A DNA stretch of 64,000 nt from Phycisphaerae bacterium. GTDB taxonomy: Bacteria > Planctomycetota > Phycisphaerae > UBA1845. The stretch is from positions 15,249-79,248 of the forward strand of contig JAJDEA010000222.1 in the NCBI GenBank assembly GCA_029260035.1, given 5' to 3'. The notes under the pieces are model-generated. The model was not told the DNA's origin, made no database searches, and worked only from the letters and a program-made list of their open reading frames with translations. Shown here piece by piece: positions 8,391 to 17,645 of this stretch. The position numbers and the translations under genes were made by a program. How positions within the stretch are numbered: position 1 is the first letter of the stretch; each line of letters begins with the position of its first letter.

Positions 8391-11099
8391 TTATTGCTGG
8401 TCATTGGGAAGACGCCGGTCGAGCAGCGTCTGGAAGTTCAACACGACGTGCAGTTTCGTGAAATCTCCCTCATCCTCGCCGCGCAGGAACATGTGTCCCT
8501 TTCCATCAGGGGACGGTTGCCAGTTTCGGTACCGCAGTCCTTCAACCGATGAAACGTTCAGTATCTTTTCAGCCGACGCGACGGACAACTCCGGCTCGAC
8601 CGAGATGGCAACCGACCAAATTTGGCCGTCGTTGTCGATTCCAAGTAGCGCTGCGCCGTCCGCCGACCAATGCCGTCTTACGAGAGGCTTGGAGGTTACG
8701 ATCCGTCGTCGCACACCAATCAGGCCTTTCTTGAAATCGATGCGTTGCAGGTAAGTTTGGGTTTCGCCCGACACGTCGGAACTAAAGGCGAGTATCTGTT
8801 CGTTGGGAGATAGGGCTACGACGCTTTCTCTTGCGTCCGAGTCCAAGATCGGTCGTAAGGTTCCATCATCCAGCGACAGCAGCAAGATGTCCCCTTTCTG
8901 CGTTCCAGTTTCTCTGCGGTTCAAGAGCAACGCGGAATGACCACCCACCCATGCGCCGATCCGCATACTCTCTGTTGCAGAGTCGACTTCGATGAGCGTC
9001 TCTGGCTCAGTCGACCCGTCAATTGGAGCGACTTGAATGGACGGCGGCTCCCCGACCATATACGCGATGCGCAACCCATCCGGCGACCAGACTGGGGCAA
9101 ACGCAGGTAGATCGGCACGGGTCAGCGGTTGTTCAATACCCGTGTCGAGATCGAGTACCCAGATTCGTGGCGTTCCGCCGTCAAATCGAAAAACAGCAGA
9201 GGCGATACGCTGCCCGTTCGGTGCGAAGGAAGGGAATTTGTAGTCTCGCCTCTTGGTGTTCACGACTGTCGGTGCCGTTTCGACATCCGAGACGAGGACG
9301 ATGTCCATGGTCTCGTCTTTAGGTCCGACGCTGCCGCCGTGGACAAGGGTTCCGTTAGAAGTGAATATGAAATTCCTGACGCCCGCGAGCAGCGAGGTGA
9401 CTTCGCCGGTCGTTTCGAGTTGCTCGGGGTCGAATCGCGATCCGAGTAGCGATCCGTCGCGAGCAAACAGCAAGTGATTCGACGGTGTCAGGCCCCCCAT
9501 CTGCACATCGGAGATGACGTCCTTCCGACGCTTCGGGTCGAAGGAACGTAGTTGCAGATGGCGGGCAATCGTACGCGTAGAGAAATCGATCGTGTTTGTC
9601 AGGATCATATCGGACAACGGAGTCGGTCGCGCGAAAAACATCCAAGCAGCTTCGGCGGGTTCGCTATCGATCTTGCTGATCGATCCATCATTGACATTGA
9701 GACGGGAGAGTGTCTTGTCATGGTGCAAGATCAGCAGGTGGTTCTCATTCAACCAGCAGCCCATCCACATGGCCTCACGTTCCAGGCGAGCGATCTCTAC
9801 TGGCGGGCTGCCGTCGCGCCGTACTCGGAACAGGATCTTATTTTTCTCATAAGCGATCCAGCGACCACTCGGGCTGAATACGGGTTGATGGCCGCCCTCT
9901 GTGCCGCGAATCGTATCCGCGTGCGGTTCGTTCAATTTGCGGAGTTGGAGCGGCAGATTGCCATCGCCCGTGTCTTCGCCGATCAACCCGCGGCAGTAGG
10001 CGATGGCAAGTCCGTCCGGCGAGACATCGTACTTGTCAAACTCGTACCCCTCTTGGGCCGAGATTGACAAGTGCATCGGCTCGGGCTGCGGCGCATCTTC
10101 TCGCCACGGTTGCCATATGCCGACAACCGCCACGAGAATGGCGACGACGGCGGTCGCCCATGGCAAGAGCGATCGAAAACCTGATGTCGCACCTTCTTGT
10201 GCCAGCGCAACCGAGGCGATACCGAGCGACGTGCTCGACGGATCAACCAAAGCGTTCTCAAGTTCTATTCTAGCGTCGGCGATGTCGTGTAGACGACGCT
10301 TGCGATCTTTTGTCAAACAGCGGCGAAGCAGGAGCTGGATCGTCGGTGGAGTGGTTGGCGGCAACAAAGACCACTCTGGGTCTTTGTGCATGATCGCTCC
10401 CATGGAGTCAGTAGCCGTTTCGCCACGGAAGAGCGTCTCGCCCGTCAGACACTCAAACAGAATGATCCCAAACGACCAGATATCGGTTCGCTTATCGAGT
10501 TTGCGACCCCGAGCCTGCTCCGGGCTCATGTAGGCAGCAGTACCAAGCACGACCCCAGGGCGCGTGTAGTTGGCTGTGATCGTTGGCGAGTTGGCATCCG
10601 CATGGCCGGATGGCTCGTCGGTCATCGCTTTCGCCAAACCAAAGTCTAGAACCTTAACCGTACCATCCTGTCGCACCATCACATTGGCTGGCTTCAGGTC
10701 TCGATGGATAACACCCTGTCCGTGAGCCGCCTCCAAGGCCTCAGCGATCTGCTTTCCAATGTCGAGCGCATCTTCGACCGCAACTGGACCGTTTTTCAGA
10801 TGGTCGCCGAGCGTTTCACCCTCGACATACTCCATCACAAGAAACCGAGTTCCATCTGAGTCGTCGAACCCATGAATCGCGGCGATATTGGGGTGATTGA
10901 GGGAAGCCAGGAGTTTTGCTTCTCGTTCGAAGCGTGCTACCCGCTCGTTGTCCCGCACCATCGATTCTGGAAGCACCTTAATCGCGACCTTCCGATCCAG
11001 TTTAGAATCGTTGGCAAGATAGACCTCGCCCATGCCTCCCGCCCCGAGGGGCGAGAGAATTTCGTAGGGACCGAGTTTCGTTCCTGCTTCCAAAGCCAT
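8391..11099 (-). CDS. Ser/Thr protein kinase with TM helix and C-terminal TolB/PD40-like beta-propeller
   Basis: Hanks kinase motifs are present: LGAGGMGEVYLA, VAIKVL, HRDLKPANVMV, DFGLAK, MSPEQ. A TM helix (AVVAILVAVVGIW) is followed by PD40-like repeats (FSPSGRWIAY, FAPNGQRIAS, WSPDGLRIAY, LSPNEQILAF, PSPDGKG). Confidence 0.9.
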   Translation of the reverse strand: MALEAGTKLGPYEILSPLGAGGMGEVYLANDSKLDRKVAIKVLPESMVRDNERVARFEREAKLLASLNHPNIAAIHGFDDSDGTRFLVMEYVEGETLGDHLKNGPVAVEDALDIGKQIAEALEAAHGQGVIHRDLKPANVMVRQDGTVKVLDFGLAKAMTDEPSGHADANSPTITANYTRPGVVLGTAAYMSPEQARGRKLDKRTDIWSFGIILFECLTGETLFRGETATDSMGAIMHKDPEWSLLPPTTPPTIQLLLRRCLTKDRKRRLHDIADARIELENALVDPSSTSLGIASVALAQEGATSGFRSLLPWATAVVAILVAVVGIWQPWREDAPQPEPMHLSISAQEGYEFDKYDVSPDGLAIAYCRGLIGEDTGDGNLPLQLRKLNEPHADTIRGTEGGHQPVFSPSGRWIAYEKNKILFRVRRDGSPPVEIARLEREAMWMGCWLNENHLLILHHDKTLSRLNVNDGSISKIDSEPAEAAWMFFARPTPLSDMILTNTIDFSTRTIARHLQLRSFDPKRRKDVISDVQMGGLTPSNHLLFARDGSLLGSRFDPEQLETTGEVTSLLAGVRNFIFTSNGTLVHGGSVGPKDETMDIVLVSDVETAPTVVNTKRRDYKFPSFAPNGQRIASAVFRFDGGTPRIWVLDLDTGIEQPLTRADLPAFAPVWSPDGLRIAYMVGEPPSIQVAPIDGSTEPETLIEVDSATESMRIGAWVGGHSALLLNRRETGTQKGDILLLSLDDGTLRPILDSDARESVVALSPNEQILAFSSDVSGETQTYLQRIDFKKGLIGVRRRIVTSKPLVRRHWSADGAALLGIDNDGQIWSVAISVEPELSVASAEKILNVSSVEGLRYRNWQPSPDGKGHMFLRGEDEGDFTKLHVVLNFQTLLDRRLPNDQQ

Positions 11100-11398
11100 G
11101 ATCTCTTCTCATTTTCAAGTTCTTTGGCGAACGATGCGATTATCGCGGCAATGAGACTGATAGCAAACAAAGGCGCAAAAAGGGCCAAGCGAGGACCGAC
11201 GACAAATCGGGGCACGCCGAGCGATGGCGTCAACCGGCGGCAACACCACAGGTCTTCTCTTGCAACAACTGGCTGCCAAGCCATAATCGCTGACAACAAT
11301 GACGGAGAGGCAACTTCAGTAAACGGTAAAGCAGGAACGGCGAAGAAGCTTCGTGGGTCGGTGGGAACATCTGATAGAACGCATATAGGAGAATCTGC

Positions 11399-12100
11399 AT
11401 GGCTGAGAGTGGTTCGAACGAAAGCGGCAGGAGCCATGCTGGCATCATTCGGATCGGAGGCTTCGCGATTCTATTTGGTCTCGCGATACACATCTACGTC
11501 AATTCGTTTGTGAAGCAGTTTCCGCCCGATAATCCATCACTGGTTGAGCTACAACAATACCTTTCGGACGAGGCAGAATCATGGGCGATTGTACATGGAT
11601 TGAGATATGTCGCGTTCGTCTGCATTGCATTGTTTGGCGCTGGTCTCTTTGCAAGAACAAGTCGCCCACACGCTACGCATCCGAACGGGTGGGGAGTCGT
11701 AGGCCTACTCGGCTGTGCCATGATGCTGGCAAACGCACTGATCACGAACGGAATCGAAATCTTAGCATTCGTTGATTTCAATCGTCTTGGCGAAGATCCA
11801 AAGCTTTTCTGGCTGTTGTTTCAAATCACGCGGGTACTGTTCACGGCTGAGATTGTGACGTGGACCATCTTGATCCTGGGCTTCAGCATAGCAGGATGGA
11901 GTTCATCAATGCTCCCGAAATGGCTTGCAGGCTTTGGACTGTTGAGTGCCACGTCGGGTGTGCTAACAGGCGTATTTATCGTATCGATCCTCAATGAGGG
12001 GTGGGCGGTAATACTGATAGAAGTGGCGAGTCTGACTGGTTTGGCTTGGTTCTTGTGTGCCGGAGTGTACATGATATTGAAAGGGGGCCGATCCAGTTAA
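11399..12100 (+). CDS. polytopic membrane protein of unknown function
   Basis: 233-aa ORF with an ATG start and about 6 predicted TM helices. I recognise no motif. Confidence 0.55.
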   Translation: MAESGSNESGRSHAGIIRIGGFAILFGLAIHIYVNSFVKQFPPDNPSLVELQQYLSDEAESWAIVHGLRYVAFVCIALFGAGLFARTSRPHATHPNGWGVVGLLGCAMMLANALITNGIEILAFVDFNRLGEDPKLFWLLFQITRVLFTAEIVTWTILILGFSIAGWSSSMLPKWLAGFGLLSATSGVLTGVFIVSILNEGWAVILIEVASLTGLAWFLCAGVYMILKGGRSS

Positions 12101-12230
12101 TTAGCTCTGCCGTATGAGCATCGCAAACATGGGGCCAGAGAGCAAGGATTCTGGAGCTAACCTGCACAGCACCGCTTCCGTTGCGGCGGAATCGCTCTTG
12201 ACGATTCCAGAAAGCGGTTTTTGAACGAAA

Positions 12231-12277
12231 GGAAGTAACGTCCCCGGCAGGGTTCGAACTTGCAATCTTCGGCTCGG
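12231..12277 (-). repeat. copy of the 3' half of tRNA-Arg(CCG) plus ~10 nt of 3' flank (att-like remnant, copy 1)
   Basis: ggaagtaacgtccccggcagggttcgaacttgcaatcttcggct matches 14621-14668 (ggaagtgagtaacgtccccggcagggttcgaacctgcaaccttcggct) with 2 substitutions and a 3-nt gap. It ends 2 nt from the stop of the hydrolase gene. Confidence 0.8.
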
Positions 12278-12278
12278 C

Positions 12279-13199
12279 CTATCTCAATCCCTCTTGAAGC
12301 CACTTCACAGCGTCTTCCACATAGTCAACCGGAAGACTATGTCCGCTTTCGTAGAATATGAGGCTCTTCATCGAACCGGATATCACATCATAGAGTCGCT
12401 GTGCTGACGCTGCATCGCAATACTTGTCGCTGCGCCCCATCAGCATGAGAAAAGGACGACCATGTAACTCCGACGCAAAGGTGGACGGTTTGATTCCGGG
12501 ACCAGCCCCAATTTGAACCAGGTGTGCCGCTGGCGTCACACAAGCGACCGATGACTTGACACGCGAATCCAACGCAGTCAAAGCAAAAGTCTGGATACCA
12601 CCGAGGCTGTATCCGACAACGCCGATACGACCGCTATCAATTTCGGGTCGAGTTTCGAGGTAGTCGATAGCCCTCTTCCACTCGACGACCGATTGAACCA
12701 CGAGGTCCCGGAACCGATTCACATGCTTCTGCTGCACCATGGTCCAGGCTGACTCGAACCTATTCTCAAATGTGCGTTCACCGTGATACGGAGCATCGGG
12801 CGAGAGCACGGCGAAGCCGTTTTTCAGTAGGGCGTTCGTCATGTTGCCACCACTGCCGTAGTTATCATCCTCCCACCAACCATCCTTATCTCCCGTGATT
12901 CCGTGGAGCAGCAGCACGCATGGATAGGGTGGCGATCCTGTCTTGGGAATGCCAAGGTAGGTGGTAACCCAACTGTCATTAACACGTAAGACTAACTTCT
13001 CGCGGACACAATCAGGAAGTTCCCGCTTCTCAACCACTTTCGCTTCCAGCGGAATGTCGCGGTCATACTCGTAGAACGACGCAAGAAGCTTGTACGCCTC
13101 CGTTCCGAGTGCTGGCTTCGCCCCTTCAGTCGTATCTTGAGCTGCCGCCCAGGTCTGCACGCCAAGAACTAACGCGGCTGCAAAGATCATTATTCGCAT
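12279..13199 (-). CDS. secreted alpha/beta hydrolase (dienelactone hydrolase / acetyl-esterase-like)
   Basis: Signal peptide MRIMIFAAALVLGVQTWAAAQ starts at ATG 13199. The 52-codon upstream extension of the longest ORF runs into a pseudogene fragment. Motifs are LLLHGITG, the nucleophile elbow GYSLGG, and ESGHSLP near the C-terminus. Confidence 0.8.
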   Translation of the reverse strand: MRIMIFAAALVLGVQTWAAAQDTTEGAKPALGTEAYKLLASFYEYDRDIPLEAKVVEKRELPDCVREKLVLRVNDSWVTTYLGIPKTGSPPYPCVLLLHGITGDKDGWWEDDNYGSGGNMTNALLKNGFAVLSPDAPYHGERTFENRFESAWTMVQQKHVNRFRDLVVQSVVEWKRAIDYLETRPEIDSGRIGVVGYSLGGIQTFALTALDSRVKSSVACVTPAAHLVQIGAGPGIKPSTFASELHGRPFLMLMGRSDKYCDAASAQRLYDVISGSMKSLIFYESGHSLPVDYVEDAVKWLQEGLR

Positions 13200-13256
13200 C
13201 GTAATTCTCCGGTCTGCCTTCTGCTGAGATGGGCCCGATCTGCCAAGAAGATATAA

Positions 13257-13510
13257 GGGCCAAGCGAAGGCCCAGTGCATTCTCGCCAATAACGAACGGG
13301 CTTTCCTCGTCCATATCCCATTCGATGTTCGGCTTTGGATTGCGCTCAACGCCATTTTCTCCGAATTCCGGGATCAATGCCACCGTGTTCTTGTACCTCC
13401 TTGCCTATGCGAGTTGACCCGGACGTGGTCCACGTTCTTTCGCTTTCGAGCACAAAGACATGGTCGTCGAGCCACGTTTGGATCCCTCATACTACGAAGG
13501 CAGGTTTGAC
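13257..13510 (-). pseudogene. frameshifted ~250-bp fragment paralogous to the repeat-protein gene (matches 3741-3990)
   Basis: Nucleotide alignment by eye of 13257-13510 against 3741-3990 shows long identical blocks (e.g. gacccggacgtggtcca, ttctctccgaattc). The translation ALIPEFGENGVERNPKPNIEWDMD matches ALIPEFGENGVVRNPKPSFEWDMD of the 3149-5047 protein. The reading frame is broken near 13385. Confidence 0.65.
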
Positions 13511-13531
13511 CCGACTATTATGCAGGTGAGG

Positions 13532-14569
13532 TCATCCTCTTTGATCTTTCGGATAGCTAGCGAATACTCGTCTAGCCAGCTCCTGCATATCTACAACGAC
13601 GTCGGTCTCGTCCACAATCTCCTCGCCCAGAAGTGTCTCCAGTAAATCCTCTAAGGTGACTATTCCCGACATGCCTCCGTACTCGTCTACAACCAGCGCA
13701 ATATGTTGGCTGTTTTTTACGAGGACGCCCAAAGCGCTCCCAACCGTCGCCAACTCCGGAAAGACTGGCAGGGGCTTGACCAACTCTTTGAGTCGCTTTT
13801 GGTCTTCGTTGGCGAAATGGACGGCGTAGATGGCGAAACGTGGGATATAACCGGTAACATTCTCAGGATCACCCGAATACACTGGAATCCGCGCGTAGCG
13901 AATAGGGGCGTGTTCCGCGAGTACCCCTCGAACAGTCAAGTCCTCCGAGAGCGAGAATACTACCGCGCGAGGAGTGAGTACGCGGCTCAAGGGGACGCTG
14001 GACAAGGCGATCAGGTTCGAAGCGATCTCGGATTCGCTTCTGCTGATCACACCGCTTGTCTGCCCAAGCCGTATAGTGGCCAACAGCTCCGCGCGACTGA
14101 GACGCTCTTCATGTCGCTCGTAGCCAATGACCCGTTTGACCCACTCCAGCAGGATGATTAGCGGAAAGCACAACAGGATCATCAAACGAATGACCATCGC
14201 CGACGGGAGCGCTAGCGACTTAGCGTGAACCGCACCTAACGTTTTGGGAATGATTTCGCTCACGACCAGAACCAGGAACGTCATGACGGCGCTGGCCATG
14301 CCGACCGCACCACTGCCAAACACGTTGGCAGCCTGAGCCCCGACGCCGACCGCTCCCACAGTGTGCGCTACTGTATTCAACGTGAGGATTGCTGCCAGCG
14401 GGCGGTCAATGCTGTCTTTCATCTCTCGCAGGAGCGCTGCCCCTCGTTTGCCGCGCTCTTGTAGCAACTCCACGTAGCTACGGGGTAGGCTCAGCAAACA
14501 CGCCTCCAGAAGGGAGCAGACAAACGAAACAGCAACGGCCAGCAAGCCGTAAATAACCAAGAGCGTCAT
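13532..14569 (-). CDS. CNNM/DUF21-CBS family membrane protein (hemolysin/CorC-like divalent-cation transport family)
   Basis: N-terminal DUF21 TM domain (MTLLVIYGLLAV..., EIIPKTLG) and a CBS pair (ALVVDEYGGMSGIVTLEDLLETLLGEEIVDE). The start is set at ATG 14569 because the longest ORF (to 14659) overlaps the tRNA. Confidence 0.85.
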   Translation of the reverse strand: MTLLVIYGLLAVAVSFVCSLLEACLLSLPRSYVELLQERGKRGAALLREMKDSIDRPLAAILTLNTVAHTVGAVGVGAQAANVFGSGAVGMASAVMTFLVLVVSEIIPKTLGAVHAKSLALPSAMVIRLMILLCFPLIILLEWVKRVIGYERHEERLSRAELLATIRLGQTSGVISRSESEIASNLIALSSVPLSRVLTPRAVVFSLSEDLTVRGVLAEHAPIRYARIPVYSGDPENVTGYIPRFAIYAVHFANEDQKRLKELVKPLPVFPELATVGSALGVLVKNSQHIALVVDEYGGMSGIVTLEDLLETLLGEEIVDETDVVVDMQELARRVFASYPKDQRG

Positions 14570-14632
14570 CGGTGGAATCCTCTGATCTCGGCGTGCCAGT
14601 GCGCCTCTTTGGATCGCGAGGGAAGTGAGTAA

Positions 14633-14706
14633 CGTCCCCGGCAGGGTTCGAACCTGCAACCTTCGGCTTCGGAAGCCGACGCGCTATCCAGTTGTGCCAC
14701 GGGGAC
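14633..14706 (-). tRNA. tRNA-Arg (anticodon CCG), 74 nt, no encoded CCA
   Basis: Manual cloverleaf: acceptor GTCCCCG/CGGGGAC (7 bp), anticodon stem TCGGC/GCCGA with loop TTCCGAA (CCG at positions 34-36), T stem GCAGG/CCTGC with loop TTCGAAC, a 5-nt variable loop and discriminator G. The D stem has one A-C mismatch. Confidence 0.9.
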
Positions 14707-15014
14707 TTCGACTTGAATTAGCCATCATTGCGATGAGGTCCGATTTTAGGCTCCTTATCGTGACCATACCTGATTCGCAAATACGTTTGGTTGTTCCGAA
14801 TAACAACCGAGTCTAGCCCGATAGAAAGGCCTGTCAACAGATACTCACGCTCGCAAGGTAGCGTGAAATTCCCTCGAACAATCAAGCGTAATCGCACGAT
14901 TTTCCGCCCGCCCCGTCCGATACCTGCAGACCGTCTTGCCGCAGAGAATCCTATTCGCAACCAATATTGTAGGCTTGGGGGAAAGGTTTCCACTGACTAG
15001 GCGTAAGTGGATCC

Positions 15015-16640
15015 ATGTCCTTGGAGGAAGTGCAACGGATGGTAAAGGAAAACAGAAACACGATACTCATTGTTGAAGATGAGGCGGATCTGAGGTTTGT
15101 CATATTGGCACACCTTCGTGCCGCTGGCTTTAACACGCTCGAGGCATCGAATGGCCAAGAAGGCATTGAAATGGCCATCGAACACCAGCCCGACCTCGTC
15201 ATCATGGATGTTGGGTTGCCGATTCTCGATGGCGTTGCAGCAACAAAGCTGCTCAAAGGAAATCCTGAGACGTCACGCATACCCGTACTCATGCTTACCG
15301 GCCGTTCCGGCGCGGAAGATGTCGTTCGGGGTCTTGAAGCAGGCGCGCAAGAGTACCTAGCCAAACCCTTCGACCTGACCGAGCTGCTGGCGCGTGTACA
15401 ATCCGTGCATAAGCTGGCATGTGCGCATCGCGACCTGGACCATCTCAATGCACAGCTGGAAGTTGAAGTCGATAGCAAGACACAACGAATACAGTGCCTG
15501 TACGAAGTCATGCGAGACCTGAACCAAGCCTCATCACACGATAGGGTGTTAGACTTGGTCATCGACTGCGCGGAGCGACTGACTGGCGCATCCCGGCTTT
15601 CCCTCCTACTCCGTGAACCGATGAGCGACAGGCTATCATGTTCACGTGCGATCGGGATTGATCCGGCTGTTGTCCAGAGTATCAGTATTTCCGACGGCGA
15701 AGGCATAGCCGGGGAGGTCCTCCGAAGAGGTGCAACGTTCTCGGCGAGCGTTTCGGGGACCGGCGCAATGGATGCACGCGGGTACGACAGCAAGAATTTC
15801 GTCAGCACGCCTCTCGTATCCTCTGCATCTGGAGGCGAAGACGGAATCATTGGCGTGCTCAACGTAACCGGTCGATCGGACGAAAAGCCGTACACCGAAG
15901 AGGAGATCGATTGCCTGCAATCGCTTGCAAGCGCCGCGGCCATTGCGCTGGAAAACTTCGATCGTCGAGATCAACTGGAGCAATCCGTTCGGGTGCTTTT
16001 GCAGACAGTCGGCCATTTAGCTGAATATCGTGACGAAGAAACGACACAACATCTCAGCAGAGTTTCTCGCATGGCAGGGCTTCTCGCGACGGAAGCACAG
16101 ACGGAAGGGCCTTACGCGTCAGTTATCACTAACGATTTCATAGATCAACTGGTTCAGGCGGCCCCCTTGCACGATATTGGCAAAGTGGGTGTGCCCGATG
16201 AGATTCTCACAAAACCAGGCAAACTTACTGACGCTGAATTTGAGATAATGAAGACACATACGGAGATTGGCAGGCGAGTTCTCTCCCAGGCTCTCGACCC
16301 AGCCCATCCCGCACCCATACTTGAGATGTGCGTCGATATCGCAAGCAGTCATCACGAGAGATTCAACGGCAAGGGTTATCCAAATGGCCTTTCGGGTGAT
16401 ATCATACCGCTCTCGGCGAGAATGATCGCGCTTGTGGACGCATATGATGCCATTACCAGCGAGCGTCGATATTCACCCGCCAAGCCTCACGACGTGGCGG
16501 TTGAAATCATACGCGATGAAGCCGGTGCCCATTTTGACCCCGCGCTTGTCGATGCATTTATGCGTTGCCATCAGCAATTCGCCTTCCTTCGGGAAAGACT
16601 GACCGGCGCCGAATCCACACAAATCGCGTTGGCAGTTTAG
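15015..16640 (+). CDS. response regulator with REC-GAF-HD-GYP architecture (putative c-di-GMP phosphodiesterase)
   Basis: REC domain (ILIVEDEADL, DLVIMDVGLP, KPF). The central GAF-like region is followed by HD-GYP motifs LHDIGKVGVP and SHHERFNGKGYPNGL. Confidence 0.9.
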   Translation: MSLEEVQRMVKENRNTILIVEDEADLRFVILAHLRAAGFNTLEASNGQEGIEMAIEHQPDLVIMDVGLPILDGVAATKLLKGNPETSRIPVLMLTGRSGAEDVVRGLEAGAQEYLAKPFDLTELLARVQSVHKLACAHRDLDHLNAQLEVEVDSKTQRIQCLYEVMRDLNQASSHDRVLDLVIDCAERLTGASRLSLLLREPMSDRLSCSRAIGIDPAVVQSISISDGEGIAGEVLRRGATFSASVSGTGAMDARGYDSKNFVSTPLVSSASGGEDGIIGVLNVTGRSDEKPYTEEEIDCLQSLASAAAIALENFDRRDQLEQSVRVLLQTVGHLAEYRDEETTQHLSRVSRMAGLLATEAQTEGPYASVITNDFIDQLVQAAPLHDIGKVGVPDEILTKPGKLTDAEFEIMKTHTEIGRRVLSQALDPAHPAPILEMCVDIASSHHERFNGKGYPNGLSGDIIPLSARMIALVDAYDAITSERRYSPAKPHDVAVEIIRDEAGAHFDPALVDAFMRCHQQFAFLRERLTGAESTQIALAV

Positions 16641-16661
16641 TGAGCTGAATGGCGCAAGAAG

Positions 16662-16691
16662 AGAGCCTGAAGCTGCAAAGCCCCAGGCTCT
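16662..16691. terminator. hairpin between convergent genes (possible bidirectional terminator)
   Basis: AGAGCCTG (16662-16669) pairs with CAGGCTCT (16684-16691): an 8-bp perfect stem with a 14-nt loop. It lies between the stops at 16640 (+) and 16737 (-). The U-tract is poor on both strands. Confidence 0.3.
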
Positions 16692-16736
16692 CAATAATTC
16701 ACTAAATGACAGCATGTAGTCGCTGTAAAACGCGGA

Positions 16737-17645
16737 CTACGAGCCAATCGTATACGAATAGGCGAAACCTGCTCCAAAGTTCGGCGTGTCGCCGGTGTGG
16801 TCCAGCCCAATTTGCGTCGAAAGGCCGAGCTTGTGTCCGTCGGCAATATTCCACTCCGAACCCAGCTCAACCATATTCATGCTCGAACGACCATCGTATT
16901 GGCTGCTGCGAATCATGTAATCCGCAACCCAACGAACGGCACCGTCACGACAGAGAGGGCCATCCATACCAATTACAAAACCCCACTGAAAACTGCGCGG
17001 ATCAAGACTCTTGCTTCCGAATCCCACGGAAGCATTTGGAGCAAACAGCTTACCGAGGCTGGTACTTCTGGCCATTCGTGGATTGTCAGCGTTGTTTGTG
17101 TTAACCGTTGCGCCAAAGATGTTGACGTGCGAGCGAACGCCGCTGTCGTATTCGTTGGAGAAAACCGCACGGAGTTCAGCATCGATGCCTCTGGAGCCGT
17201 CTCCCGTCGGGATGCGTACCGTACTACTCAGCGCAATAGCTGGATGATAGCCTTCCTGTTCGTGGACACGCCAAAGCATCCCAACATAGGTGTCATAATT
17301 GCCATCCTGGAACGACTCTCTGTCGCCGCCGTCCCCAATCCACGCTGGAACGCGAAGGGAAACTTCGACATTGTCACAAGCACCCCAAACGATTTCCGGC
17401 GTAAGAATGTAATCATCATCCGAGTCGCCGACATTGGCGGGCGACGTTGAGGTGACCCAATTAAATCCTATGCGAAGATCGACAGTCCCGGTCTCGATGG
17501 GTGTCGCGTCCTCCATGAACCACATGGACGACATCAAGTCTTCATTGCCAGGTTCGATGGTCTTTGAAGTGGTAACGTCTGATTCCTGGCCAAAGGCTGC
17601 GGCACATACCGACAGCACGCAAACAACTGAAAACGCGCGTTTCAT
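16737..17645 (-). CDS. outer-membrane beta-barrel protein (MetA-pathway/transporter-like family)
   Basis: Signal peptide MKRAFSVVCVLSVCAAAFGQ, with GGAG 7 nt upstream of ATG 17645 (alternative ATG at 17660). The sequence shows alternating beta-strand-like segments and ends in an aromatic-rich terminal strand (GFAYSYTIGS). The family assignment is from overall resemblance only. Confidence 0.65.
   Translation of the reverse strand: MKRAFSVVCVLSVCAAAFGQESDVTTSKTIEPGNEDLMSSMWFMEDATPIETGTVDLRIGFNWVTSTSPANVGDSDDDYILTPEIVWGACDNVEVSLRVPAWIGDGGDRESFQDGNYDTYVGMLWRVHEQEGYHPAIALSSTVRIPTGDGSRGIDAELRAVFSNEYDSGVRSHVNIFGATVNTNNADNPRMARSTSLGKLFAPNASVGFGSKSLDPRSFQWGFVIGMDGPLCRDGAVRWVADYMIRSSQYDGRSSMNMVELGSEWNIADGHKLGLSTQIGLDHTGDTPNFGAGFAYSYTIGS

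Noticed and set aside
10872-11513. 213-aa plus-strand ORF spanning the kinase 5' end and the intergenic region
   Set aside because: It overlaps the conserved kinase N-lobe in antisense and then runs into the start of the 11399 gene in a different frame. There is no supporting motif.
14570-14659. N-terminal 30-codon extension of the CNNM ORF
   Set aside because: The extension overlaps the tRNA-Arg gene on the same strand. The conserved DUF21 N-terminus begins at ATG 14569.
14951-15943. 330-aa minus-strand ORF antisense to the REC-GAF-HD-GYP gene
   Set aside because: It lies completely inside a plus-strand gene with unambiguous domain motifs. Its translation is Ser/Arg/Ala/Pro-rich with no motif, as is typical of a shadow ORF in GC-biased DNA.
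16797-17450. 217-aa plus-strand ORF
   Set aside because: It is antisense to the outer-membrane barrel gene, which has a signal peptide and a C-terminal aromatic strand. The product is low-complexity and Arg-rich.
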